The notes beneath the pieces are model-generated. The model made no database searches and was not told where the DNA came from. It was given only the letters and a program-made list of their open reading frames with translations. Shown here in pieces: positions 55,182-63,480 of a DNA stretch of 64,000 nucleotides (positions are counted from its first letter, which is position 1; every line of letters begins with the position of its first letter). The position numbers were made by a program, and so were the translations under genes. The DNA is taken from the IMG/VR virus record IMGVR_UViG_3300049846_002076, positions 9,644 through 73,643 of that record; one strand, written 5' to 3'. The DNA is from a virus.

Positions 55182-55211
55182 AAAAAAAGGGGCGCGTGGA
55201 GAATCGCGCCC
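55182..55211 (-). terminator. Intrinsic terminator immediately upstream of terS
   Basis: GGGCGCG-8 nt-CGCGCCC followed by C and T7 on the minus strand. Confidence 0.7.
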
Positions 55212-55252
55212 ATGGGAGGAGACGGGTCGCAGCATACCCCAAGTCGGATTCC

Positions 55253-55345
55253 GATGCAATCAGCGCTGACTGCATCTCCCCCGGTCGCGCACGCGCGTGA
55301 TGGTTCATGGTTCCTTTCAAGGTTTGAAAGAAGTCACTATTTACT
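55253..55345. promoter_or_regulatory. Two one-mismatch boxes in the terS upstream region
   Basis: AATCAgcgcTGACT at 55258-55271 inside GATGCA...TGCATC; AGTCActatTTACT at 55332-55345. Confidence 0.65.
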
Positions 55346-55389
55346 AGGGAGAGGGCAAAAAGTGCCAAGTCGGTAAGTTCTTGTTTTTA

Positions 55390-55839
55390 TTAGAGATCGA
55401 ATACTTCGGGAGTCCCGGGAGTCTCGGAATCGTCGGAATCGAGAAAGACCACCTCGGAATCCAGATTCACCCCCTTCGGAGACTCGACGGGAAGGGCCGG
55501 TTGCGCTTCGCGCAGGTCGGCCACTTCCGGCAAGGGCGGGGTCGGATTTTCCACCATTCCCGGATTCGACTCGAGCGTCATCACCTGGCGAGCAAGGTCG
55601 GTCGCCAAGTAGACCGCACGCAGGCGGTCGCGTCGCTGAATGCGTGCCCCTTTCTCGAGCAGCCCGCGGGCGATCAGGGCGCGAATCGAGAACTGGATCG
55701 ACGCCTTTGTGGGCTTGTAGGCGAGTCGCTCGATGAGCTGGTCGAGGTCGACCGGCTCGATCGTGCCCGGCGTGCCGCCTGGGTTGCCGGCGAGCACGAC
55801 CCGGAGCAGTTGCACCTGCTTGTCGGTGAGGTGGTTCAT
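55390..55839 (-). CDS. Winged-helix DNA-binding protein with acidic tail (start re-called at MNHLTDK)
   Basis: LTDKQVQLL...DLDQLIERL...KASIQFSIRALIARGLLEK...YLATDLA. Confidence 0.7.
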   Translation of the reverse strand: MNHLTDKQVQLLRVVLAGNPGGTPGTIEPVDLDQLIERLAYKPTKASIQFSIRALIARGLLEKGARIQRRDRLRAVYLATDLARQVMTLESNPGMVENPTPPLPEVADLREAQPALPVESPKGVNLDSEVVFLDSDDSETPGTPEVFDL

Positions 55840-56783
55840 TTCAGGGTCTCCAGCAAATCGAGGCGCAGCGGCGCATCGGGCGCCTGCAGGTCGAACGCGA
55901 GGGCGGGAATGCGCTTCGGCAGGTGCTTGAGGCACTTCTCCTTCTCGTCCCAGTTCTCGATGCTCCAGTCGGGGTTCTTCCAGACCGCGTAGACCGAGGC
56001 ACCGAAGACGAGCTGCTGCGTCTGCTTCAGAAGGTAGGGAAAGGGCATGCCATCGACCCGGGAAGTGCCCCGGAGACGGTTGTCGCCGCTCTTTTCCATC
56101 GACGAGTGACGGTAGTAGAACTCGCGAAGCTCGCCCCATACCTTCTCCTGCACGTGGGGATCCATCTTCGAGAACTCTTCCTTGATCGCGACGTAGTCGT
56201 AGCCCGGGGAAGTGAAATTGCGCTGGAAGAAGCGCAACCCGTCCATCAGGGCTGCCGCGGGCCTGGGTGCGACGAAGCGCATGCCCGCCTTGATCGAGAA
56301 GGGATTGTAGCGGCTCATCGACGAACGCGACTCGACGTAGCGATAGCCCATCATGCGGTAGCCGATGTTCTTGAATCGGTAGGCGAGCCCTGCGCCACGA
56401 TACATGGTGTCGAGCACCGTTCGGGACGACAGAATCAGGTTCTTGTTGAGCCACATCATGCGCTGCTGGTTGATGAGGCGATTGTCTTTGCCGTCCTTGT
56501 TCGGCTTCAGGTGCGGAAAGACCTGGTTGCGACCGTTGTCGAGAGGCTTCGGGACGGTGAACACCATGACGCCGATGACCAGCGGTGCGCTCGTGCCGGA
56601 ATCGAGCACGCAACGCATGTAGCGCGGCCCGATTCCGAGCTGCGAACTCTTGTAGTGGAGCTCGTGCAGGAGCTTCCAGTCTTCGAGGCTGCCCTTCTCG
56701 ACGTAGCAGTCCTTCAGAATCGACAGACTGTGTTTCGGATCGCTCGGCCCACGAATGATTTCGACGTCGCCCTCGAGGATCAT
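55836..56783 (-). CDS. GNAT-fold acyltransferase-like protein (start re-called at MILEGDV)
   Basis: LHYKS; SRTVLDTMYRGAGLAYRF acyl-CoA-binding motif; SSMSRYNPF..KAGM. Confidence 0.72.
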   Translation of the reverse strand: MILEGDVEIIRGPSDPKHSLSILKDCYVEKGSLEDWKLLHELHYKSSQLGIGPRYMRCVLDSGTSAPLVIGVMVFTVPKPLDNGRNQVFPHLKPNKDGKDNRLINQQRMMWLNKNLILSSRTVLDTMYRGAGLAYRFKNIGYRMMGYRYVESRSSMSRYNPFSIKAGMRFVAPRPAAALMDGLRFFQRNFTSPGYDYVAIKEEFSKMDPHVQEKVWGELREFYYRHSSMEKSGDNRLRGTSRVDGMPFPYLLKQTQQLVFGASVYAVWKNPDWSIENWDEKEKCLKHLPKRIPALAFDLQAPDAPLRLDLLETLK

Positions 56784-57016
56784 TCGAACGTCCCGGATTC
56801 CGAAATCTTGATCATCGTTCCGTTGTCGACGACGAACTCGATCATCTTCCCGGGCTTGACCTTCGAGTGCAGGAAGAAGATGAGGCGACCATACGGGTCG
56901 AACCGCACCCTGGCGTTGAACTCGGTCTGGTTCGCGCACAGTCCCTCGTGCAGGAAACGCTGAAGGGCGTAGTCGATGTCGAGCTGGATGCTGAGTGTTG
57001 ACGCTTTCACAGGCAC
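56780..57016 (-). CDS. Hypothetical protein
   Basis: 78 aa; overlaps the ABC ATPase and GNAT genes. Confidence 0.6.
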   Translation of the reverse strand: MPVKASTLSIQLDIDYALQRFLHEGLCANQTEFNARVRFDPYGRLIFFLHSKVKPGKMIEFVVDNGTMIKISESGTFE

Positions 57017-57723
57017 TCCCTGAGTCTTTCCATCAGACCCTCTACGGTTGTGACGTTCTGGGCTGCGATCTCGTCCTTCAGTGTGTCGACGGTCTCGATC
57101 CGCAGTTTTTCGCGAAACCGCTTCTCGATGTAGAGCGACGGCGCCAGGTCGGGCAGCATGTCGGTGTGCGTGGTAGCCACGATCACCGTCGCGCCGGTCT
57201 TGCGGGCGGTCTTCTGCACTGAGTAAGCGATCACCTTCGCCGCGGTGCGGTCAAGCACCGCGAGGAACTCGTCAGCGACCCACACGTCCGCCCCCGACTC
57301 GATCGCCTTCGCCAGGCGGAAGCGATAGCGTTGCCCGTCGGACAGTTCGTTGGGCCGGCGCAGGAACAGGTAGGCATCGTTCAGCCCCGCGATCGACAGG
57401 ATGCGAAGCGCGTCGTTCGTGTCGGTGCCGATCTGGTCGATCAGGGCGTGGTCGTTGTTCAGGACGATCTTGTCGAGGTTGACGACCTTCTTGCCCTCCT
57501 CTTCCATCTGGCGCTCGAGCTCCTTCAGGAGCAGCGACTTGCCCGAGCCCGACTGGCCCGTGATGTAGACCACGTCCCCGGGCTGCACCGTGAGCTTCAG
57601 GTTGTCGAAGATCACGAACTCCTTGTCGTCGAGTCCGAGCCCGAACGCTTCGGCGATCTCCAGCACCCGGTCAGAGCGCTGGATCCGTGTCATGAAGCGT
57701 TTGTCGATGATGTAGTCAGGCAT
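57007..57723 (-). CDS. Stand-alone ABC-type ATPase with no permease (start re-called at MPDYIID)
   Basis: Walker A GQSGSGKS, signature LSDGQRYR, Walker B VADEF, H-loop ATTH. Confidence 0.9.
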   Translation of the reverse strand: MPDYIIDKRFMTRIQRSDRVLEIAEAFGLGLDDKEFVIFDNLKLTVQPGDVVYITGQSGSGKSLLLKELERQMEEEGKKVVNLDKIVLNNDHALIDQIGTDTNDALRILSIAGLNDAYLFLRRPNELSDGQRYRFRLAKAIESGADVWVADEFLAVLDRTAAKVIAYSVQKTARKTGATVIVATTHTDMLPDLAPSLYIEKRFREKLRIETVDTLKDEIAAQNVTTVEGLMERLRECL

Positions 57724-58126
57724 GGGCGCGTTCCTTGCGAATCGCGACGCACTGGCTGTTCCACCAGCGAGCGAAGCGGGGGTTGGCAATCCAGAACTGG
57801 CTCCACGCCTTGCCGTGCTTGTCGGCGATGTATTCCTCCTCCGCACCGTCTTCGATGTCGTAGGCCCAGTTGATCGCGTGGGTGAGCTCGTGCCACAGGG
57901 TCTCGAGGCCCATCGGCAAGCTGAGATCGTCGGAAAGGTAGATCGACCAGGGCTTCCAGTCCTTCACGTTTTCGTGCGGCGACTCGTCGAACACGGTCAT
58001 GCCGTCGGAGTTGGGCTGATCCTTCTCGTGCGGGGCGAGAACGGGATGCGTGCGCGGCTCGACGCGCAGGTAGAACTCCTGGGTGCCGACCCAGACCTTC
58101 TTGGGCAGCTTGGCGAAGGCGGTCAC
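57716..58126 (-). CDS. HExxH metallopeptidase-like protein
   Basis: ETLWHELTHAIN...EEEYIAD. Confidence 0.6.
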   Translation of the reverse strand: MTAFAKLPKKVWVGTQEFYLRVEPRTHPVLAPHEKDQPNSDGMTVFDESPHENVKDWKPWSIYLSDDLSLPMGLETLWHELTHAINWAYDIEDGAEEEYIADKHGKAWSQFWIANPRFARWWNSQCVAIRKERAHA

Positions 58127-58782
58127 GATGCGATCTCCCCGACGAGACCCTTCACGAAGGACATGAACGCTGCCGAGCCCTTCATTCCGGTCTGCTGCTC
58201 GAGCTGCGCCATGAAGCGGTTGAGGTAGATTTCGTCCTTGCCGGCGATCGACTTGAAGCCCATCGCCCGCGTGAGGGGAACCTCGGACTCCTTCAGTTCC
58301 TCCGCCTTGTTCTTGGTCTCGGCTTCCTGCCGGCGCACTTCGCTGTCGAGGTCGTCGATGAAGGCACCCGGGTTCATCTCGCCCAGGTCGGCGGTCGAGA
58401 ACTCGAGCTCCTTGTCGGTGAAGATGCCGCGAAGCATCTCCAGGTCGATCTCGGCGAGTTCCACACGCAAGGCAGCGGTGTCGATGTCACCCATCGCCAC
58501 GCGGTTGTCGGCGATGCGGGCCGCCTTCACTTGTTCGGGCGTCAGGTCGCGGCGAACGATCACCGGAACCTTCGTGAGCCCCAGTTCGATTGCAGCCAGG
58601 CGCCGACCGTGCCCCTTGATGATGACGCCGTTGCGGTCGACCACGATCGGCTGATCCCATCCCGTTTCCCGGATGAGCTTCGCCAGGCCCTTCACCTGCT
58701 CGGGCGGGTGCTTCTTGACGTTGTTGTCGTAGGGGGCGATCTCCTCGATCGCCCACATCTCGAGCTTGAGTTCCGCGGTCAT
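58123..58782 (-). CDS. ParB/Srx N-terminal domain protein
   Basis: IAPYDNNVKKH...GWDQPIVVD..IIKGHGRRLAA...RIADN. Confidence 0.88.
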   Translation of the reverse strand: MTAELKLEMWAIEEIAPYDNNVKKHPPEQVKGLAKLIRETGWDQPIVVDRNGVIIKGHGRRLAAIELGLTKVPVIVRRDLTPEQVKAARIADNRVAMGDIDTAALRVELAEIDLEMLRGIFTDKELEFSTADLGEMNPGAFIDDLDSEVRRQEAETKNKAEELKESEVPLTRAMGFKSIAGKDEIYLNRFMAQLEQQTGMKGSAAFMSFVKGLVGEIAS

Positions 58783-59033
58783 TCGGGCTTCCTCTTCATG
58801 ATGGATTCGATTGTTGGGGAGCAGAAGCCCACGACCTTCTCGCGAGTGTCCACGAGCTCGATGCGGGACTTGTTCTGCAGCACGATTTCGGAGCGCTTCG
58901 GCTTCGTGTGGCGCTCTTGGCGGTCACTTTCGTCGGGCTCGAACTCGCTCCCGTTTTCGCACTCGTCACAGACTTCTTCGTCGCGGTGATTCCGGTAGTA
59001 GCAGAACTCGCAGCACGGGAATTTGTTGCTCAC
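58779..59033 (-). CDS. Small Cys-rich protein
   Basis: CCEFC...CDECENG; coupled on both sides. Confidence 0.6.
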   Translation of the reverse strand: MSNKFPCCEFCYYRNHRDEEVCDECENGSEFEPDESDRQERHTKPKRSEIVLQNKSRIELVDTREKVVGFCSPTIESIMKRKPE

Positions 59034-59689
59034 TCGGGTCTCTCCGTGATCAGGATGTGAACCAGGGCATTGCCGGCGTTCGTGAGGGAGTCTTCGGTGA
59101 GGAATCCTTGCACCCGCATCGTCTTCTCGATGAGCGCCTGCACCTTCGCGACATCGGCGACCGGCACCTTGAAGCGCATGATCTGGTGGGTGGCTTCAGC
59201 TTTCCCGCTCCCCGCTTCAGGAACTTCGCCCTTGTCGAGCGCGTCAAGATCGTCGAGCGCTATAGTTGAAGCTGCGAAGATCGACGCAAGGTCGTCGCTC
59301 GACATCGGGAGGAAAGATTGCAGTTCGTCAACGTCGCCCAGGCCCTTCATGAGTTCAGCGAGACGCAGCACGTCGTCCTCGCCGTAGCGGCCGTTGTCGA
59401 CGAGACCGATCTCCTGTGCGGTCTCGTCGCTGACCGTGCCGACGTTCGCGACGGGAATCTCGGTGTAGCCGAGCTTCACCGCGGCACGCCAGCGGTGCTC
59501 TCCTCCCAGAATCTCGTAGGTGCCACCCGGGAGCTCCCGGACGATCACCGGCTTGAACATGCCGCCCAAAGCCTTGAAGCGCTTGATCGACTCTTCGATC
59601 TTCAGCTCGTTCTCGGGGCTGACGACGTTGGTGTTCCAGGGGTTCGGACGCAGCAGGCTTGCGTCGACCGTGAGTTGCTTGAGTGGCAT
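59030..59689 (-). CDS. ParB/Srx N-terminal domain protein
   Basis: LRPNPWNTN...KPVIVRE...YEILGGEHRWRAA...DNGRYG. Confidence 0.88.
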   Translation of the reverse strand: MPLKQLTVDASLLRPNPWNTNVVSPENELKIEESIKRFKALGGMFKPVIVRELPGGTYEILGGEHRWRAAVKLGYTEIPVANVGTVSDETAQEIGLVDNGRYGEDDVLRLAELMKGLGDVDELQSFLPMSSDDLASIFAASTIALDDLDALDKGEVPEAGSGKAEATHQIMRFKVPVADVAKVQALIEKTMRVQGFLTEDSLTNAGNALVHILITERPE

Positions 59690-59694
59690 GGCTC

Positions 59695-59753
59695 CCTTAT
59701 ATAAGGTATGATCGTCAGTCAGCGCTGACTATATCCGACTTCCTTCTATAAGG
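59695..59753. promoter_or_regulatory. Divergent control region: perfect palindrome AGTCAGCGCTGACT flanked by CCTT-N4-AAGG elements
   Basis: Box at 59717-59730; CCTTATATAAGG at 59695-59706; CCTTCTATAAGG at 59742-59753. Confidence 0.75.
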
Positions 59754-59761
59754 CAACCCCT

Positions 59762-61510
59762 GTGATCCTGACCATCGCCCACAACGCCGTGAACGCCCGC
59801 GTGACGCATGCCGGCACAACCCCGCCTGATGCCGTCATCACCTTGATTCAAGAGACTCTTTCCTACAAGGTCGAGGGGGCGGAATACACGGGCGCTTTCC
59901 AGTCCCACCAGTGGAACGGGCGGTCGAACTTCTACGACTACGAGACCCACACCTTCCCGACCGGGTTCGTCGCGATCGTGCTCGCCGCCCTGAAGAAGGC
60001 GGGCCACCAGGTCAACCTCGCCCGCCGGCCGTTCCCGCCGGCGCTCGGCCCCGCCTTCCCGATCGTCGACGACTTTCCCGAGGACGTCCGCTACGACTAC
60101 CAGCGCGAGATCGTCGAGAAGGTGCTTCGGCACGGGCAGATCATCGCCCGGGTCGCAACCGGGGGTGGCAAGAGCCGGATCGCCCGCCTGGTCTACAAAC
60201 GCATCTCGCGCCCGACCCTTTTCCTGACTACCCGGGGGATCCTCATGCACCAGATGGCTCGCTCGGTGCGGGCGATGGGCGAGCGGGTGGGCATTCTGGG
60301 CGACGACGAATGGAGCCCCGTCCCGGGCTTCAACGCGGGCATGGTGCAGACCTTCGCCGCCCGGTTGCGCGAGACCACCTTCGCGAAGGAATACGACGCG
60401 ATCGCCCAGGGGATCGCCGATGAGGAGGAGAAGCAGATCCTCGCCCTGCGGAAAAAACTCAAGGATCGTGGAGTTCGGGGGGCGGAATTCGAGTCCCAGG
60501 TGGCTGAACTCAACGATCGGTTAGTGGCTGCTCGCCCCTCCGAGGGGGTGGTGAAGGCCAGGGCTGCCGCGGCGGCAAACGCACAGCTCGAGCGCCGGCG
60601 CGAGACCCTGGAGCTGCTGCAGAAGTTCGAGCTCGTGATCCTCGAGGAGGCGCACGAGGCGAGCGGCAACAGCTACTTCGACATCATGAGGATGTGCAAG
60701 AACGCCCACTACCGGCTGTCGCTGACCGGCACGCCCTTCATGAAGGAGAGCGAAGAGGCGAACATGCGCCTGATGGCGAGCTCGGGCCCGGTCGCAATCT
60801 GGGTGTCGGAGAAGACCCTGATCGACCGCGGGATCCTCGCGAAGCCCTACTTCAAGTTCATCAGGCTCTCCGACGAGCTCCCCGAGGGGGAGATCGAGGT
60901 GAAGGTGACCGGGACGGCGCCGGCGGTGCGGCGCGTGAAGCTCATGAAATCGACCCCCTGGCCCAAGTGCTACGAGGTCGGTGTCGTCGGGGCGATCAAG
61001 CGCAACGCGATGATCGTCTACGAGGCGAAGCGGGCGGTCGACCACGGCCTCTCGGTGATGGTGCTCGTCCAGCACAAGAAGCACGGACGTCTGCTGCAGT
61101 CGCACCTCACCGCGGCAGGCATGCGGGCGAACTTCATCATGGGCGAGCACGACCAGAACGAGCGCGATGCCGCGATCAACGCCCTGAAGAGCCGCAAGAT
61201 CGACGTGCTGATCGGGTCGACAATCCTCGACGTGGGCGTTGACGTCCCGGCGATCGACATGGTCATCATCGGGTCGGCCGGCAAGGCGGAGGTCGGCACC
61301 CGGCAGCGCATCGGGCGCGGACTGCGGGAGAAGAAAGGACGCCCGAACGTCTGCTTCATCGTCGACTTCGACGACTGGCAGAACAACCACCTGCGCGACC
61401 ACTCGAAGCAGCGTCGGGCGATCATCGAAGAGACCCCAGGCTTCGTCGAGGGGATCGTCAACGACTTCGACTACGCGGCACACGGCTTCTCGAAAGTCGC
61501 TGCAGCGTGA
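59762..61510 (+). CDS. Superfamily 2 DExH-type helicase with a helical insertion
   Basis: YDYQ, ATGGGKS, ILEEAHE, LTGTP, ILDVGVDVP, QRIGRGLR. Confidence 0.92.
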   Translation: MILTIAHNAVNARVTHAGTTPPDAVITLIQETLSYKVEGAEYTGAFQSHQWNGRSNFYDYETHTFPTGFVAIVLAALKKAGHQVNLARRPFPPALGPAFPIVDDFPEDVRYDYQREIVEKVLRHGQIIARVATGGGKSRIARLVYKRISRPTLFLTTRGILMHQMARSVRAMGERVGILGDDEWSPVPGFNAGMVQTFAARLRETTFAKEYDAIAQGIADEEEKQILALRKKLKDRGVRGAEFESQVAELNDRLVAARPSEGVVKARAAAAANAQLERRRETLELLQKFELVILEEAHEASGNSYFDIMRMCKNAHYRLSLTGTPFMKESEEANMRLMASSGPVAIWVSEKTLIDRGILAKPYFKFIRLSDELPEGEIEVKVTGTAPAVRRVKLMKSTPWPKCYEVGVVGAIKRNAMIVYEAKRAVDHGLSVMVLVQHKKHGRLLQSHLTAAGMRANFIMGEHDQNERDAAINALKSRKIDVLIGSTILDVGVDVPAIDMVIIGSAGKAEVGTRQRIGRGLREKKGRPNVCFIVDFDDWQNNHLRDHSKQRRAIIEETPGFVEGIVNDFDYAAHGFSKVAAA

Positions 61511-61616
61511 AGTTGGTCTTTGCGCTTAAAAACGCTGATTTTAAAGGGTTTTTGCGTCTATAGACAAAAAAAGATGTCAGAAACCATACCATTTTTGCGT
61601 GCGTGATCTATAATCA

Positions 61617-61856
61617 GTGATCACTGACTGCATCGGAGCCCGCCCCTTGTTTCCTAAGTCGACCCCCGTGGTGTTCATCGTGCAGCTCCTCTGCATCACT
61701 CTCGCGGTCATCACCGTCGCTGCCCTGACCGGAAACGCCCTGGCCCTGCTCGGCTTCTGCTTCATGTGGTCGCACCCGCCCATCTTCGCCCCGGGCGACC
61801 GTGAGAACGAGGATAGCGTCGACGCACGCGGAATCGGGTTCGTTCAAAAAGAGTAG
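61617..61856 (+). CDS. Small membrane protein (start uncertain)
   Basis: Two hydrophobic stretches; ends DARGIGFVQKE; TATAAT at 61609-61614. Confidence 0.5.
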   Translation: MITDCIGARPLFPKSTPVVFIVQLLCITLAVITVAALTGNALALLGFCFMWSHPPIFAPGDRENEDSVDARGIGFVQKE

Positions 61857-61915
61857 CTTTACGCTTTAGCATTTTCGAGCTATAATATGCTCGTCACTGT
61901 TAATCTGGAGAGACC

Positions 61916-62221
61916 ATGAAAACGAAAGGCGACCGCTTCCACCACACCTCGATCTGGTGCCACGAGACGAACGAGATCCTCGAGTCGATCTGCGCGAAGT
62001 TCTCGGTGCCCAAGTCGAGCCTGCTCGAGGTGTTGCTCCTGGGGGCGAACGAGGCCGGCCTCGACCTCACCGACGTGATCGTCTCCGGCAAGGCGAAGCG
62101 CGAGATCGTGAATCCCGACGGCCGCAAGCTGCGTATGGCGACCCTGTCGAAGCTCGCGAGTCTCCCGCCTGCAGAACTCGAGCGCCTCATCGCACACGCG
62201 AAGGGAACCGAAGCGTCCTGA
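61916..62221 (+). CDS. Small putative DNA-binding protein (ribbon-helix-helix-like)
   Basis: HHTSIW...ILESICAKFSVPKSSLLEVLL; TATAAT at 61881-61886 and GGAG RBS. Confidence 0.65.
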   Translation: MKTKGDRFHHTSIWCHETNEILESICAKFSVPKSSLLEVLLLGANEAGLDLTDVIVSGKAKREIVNPDGRKLRMATLSKLASLPPAELERLIAHAKGTEAS

Positions 62222-62237
62222 GTCCCTGGGAGGACAC

Positions 62238-62810
62238 GTGAAGCAGCACGACATTGGCAAGCACGTCGTCGAAGTGTGCTTGTCGAGCCCGACCCGCCTG
62301 TTCTCGCAGACGCTTATCACGATCGCGGCGAACATGCCCTTCACCTTCGTGCGTGGCGTCGAGATCGGCTACCAGTATCGCAGCGACCGCGGCTACCGCT
62401 TCTCAAACATCGAGGACTTCGCGATCGCCGGCATCATGACCTTCGTCGGCTACAACCCCGGGACGCACCACGTCTCGGACAGCTTCCGCAAGCCCTTCGA
62501 CTACGAGAACGCGATCGGCTCGACGAGCCGGCGCCACCTCGAGTCGATGGTCTGGTTCATGGAGCACGCCGACGGCGACTGGGTCGACGATTTCATGACC
62601 GCGCTCTACACCGCGCACGAGATCGAACCCAAATCGGCGATCCCTTTCCCGCGTGCCGTCGAGATTTACCGCGATGCCGAGAAAGCGGGCGACGACCCCT
62701 ATCAAACGCTTCTCGAGGCGACGATGAAAAGCTCGTTCGCGAAATCCATCAAACCCATCGGCGATTCAGGCGCCCCCGCGGGCGACTCGACCGAGATCGG
62801 AACCTGGTAA
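62238..62810 (+). CDS. Hypothetical protein ending in GTW
   Basis: GGAGG RBS, GTG start; ends APAGDSTEIGTW. Confidence 0.75.
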   Translation: MKQHDIGKHVVEVCLSSPTRLFSQTLITIAANMPFTFVRGVEIGYQYRSDRGYRFSNIEDFAIAGIMTFVGYNPGTHHVSDSFRKPFDYENAIGSTSRRHLESMVWFMEHADGDWVDDFMTALYTAHEIEPKSAIPFPRAVEIYRDAEKAGDDPYQTLLEATMKSSFAKSIKPIGDSGAPAGDSTEIGTW

Positions 62811-62816
62811 CCCTCA

Positions 62817-63461
62817 ATGGCCGCAATCTTCCCCTCGATCTTCGGTGCGAAGTCGTCGTCGAAAGAGGAGCTCAAGCTCAGAGAGCTCATCAAGACGGCA
62901 GTCGAAGAAACGAAACCCTCGAAGACCGACTTCATGAAGTCGGTCGAAGACCTGATGCGGCAGGCCGACAAGAAGGGCATCGAGCCCGGCGAGATTCTGA
63001 CGATCCCACTGCCCGACCCCCTGGGCGGATCCCGCACAACGATCTGGAAGAAAAAAGACATCGCGTGGCCCTCGAAGAAAGAAGACCTCGCCGCCTGGAT
63101 CGACGAAGCCGCTGATCTCAGTGGCACCGCGGCACCCGGGTTTCCCATCGGCGGCACGACAATCGCAGACCCAACTTGGGTAGGAACAAACCCAATCTTG
63201 GGTGGCGGCATCGGCGGCATCGACGGCACTTCGAAGATCAGTGACTTCATGAAGCGCATCGAAGAGGCCGAGCGTCAAATCGAGAGCCTCACCCGGCAAA
63301 ACGCTGCGCTCACCGCGGTCATCAAGGAAAACGGCGTCACGACTGAGCAGCTCGAACGTCTCGCGAGGGCTTGCGGCGACTCGTTCGTGAGAGAGACCAC
63401 CGTCCCGATTCTGCCGACGCCGACCGATGCGCCCGAAACCCCCGAGTCGGGCACCTGGTAG
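62817..63461 (+). CDS. Hypothetical coiled-coil protein ending in GTW
   Basis: Ends PTPTDAPETPESGTW. Confidence 0.75.
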   Translation: MAAIFPSIFGAKSSSKEELKLRELIKTAVEETKPSKTDFMKSVEDLMRQADKKGIEPGEILTIPLPDPLGGSRTTIWKKKDIAWPSKKEDLAAWIDEAADLSGTAAPGFPIGGTTIADPTWVGTNPILGGGIGGIDGTSKISDFMKRIEEAERQIESLTRQNAALTAVIKENGVTTEQLERLARACGDSFVRETTVPILPTPTDAPETPESGTW

Positions 63462-63480
63462 AGGAAAGGAGCCAACCCCC

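Noticed and set aside
55169-55389. tRNA or 67-aa ORF in the terS upstream gap
   Set aside because: No cloverleaf or T-loop consensus found; the ORF lacks motifs and runs through a terminator and operator boxes.
57007-57723. ABC transporter
   Set aside because: No permease or substrate-binding gene nearby; the context is ParB/GNAT/terminase, so it is treated as a soluble ATPase.
58123-59689. Classical ParABS partition locus
   Set aside because: No ParA Walker ATPase adjacent and no obvious central HTH in either ParB-like protein; cannot be fully excluded from this window alone.
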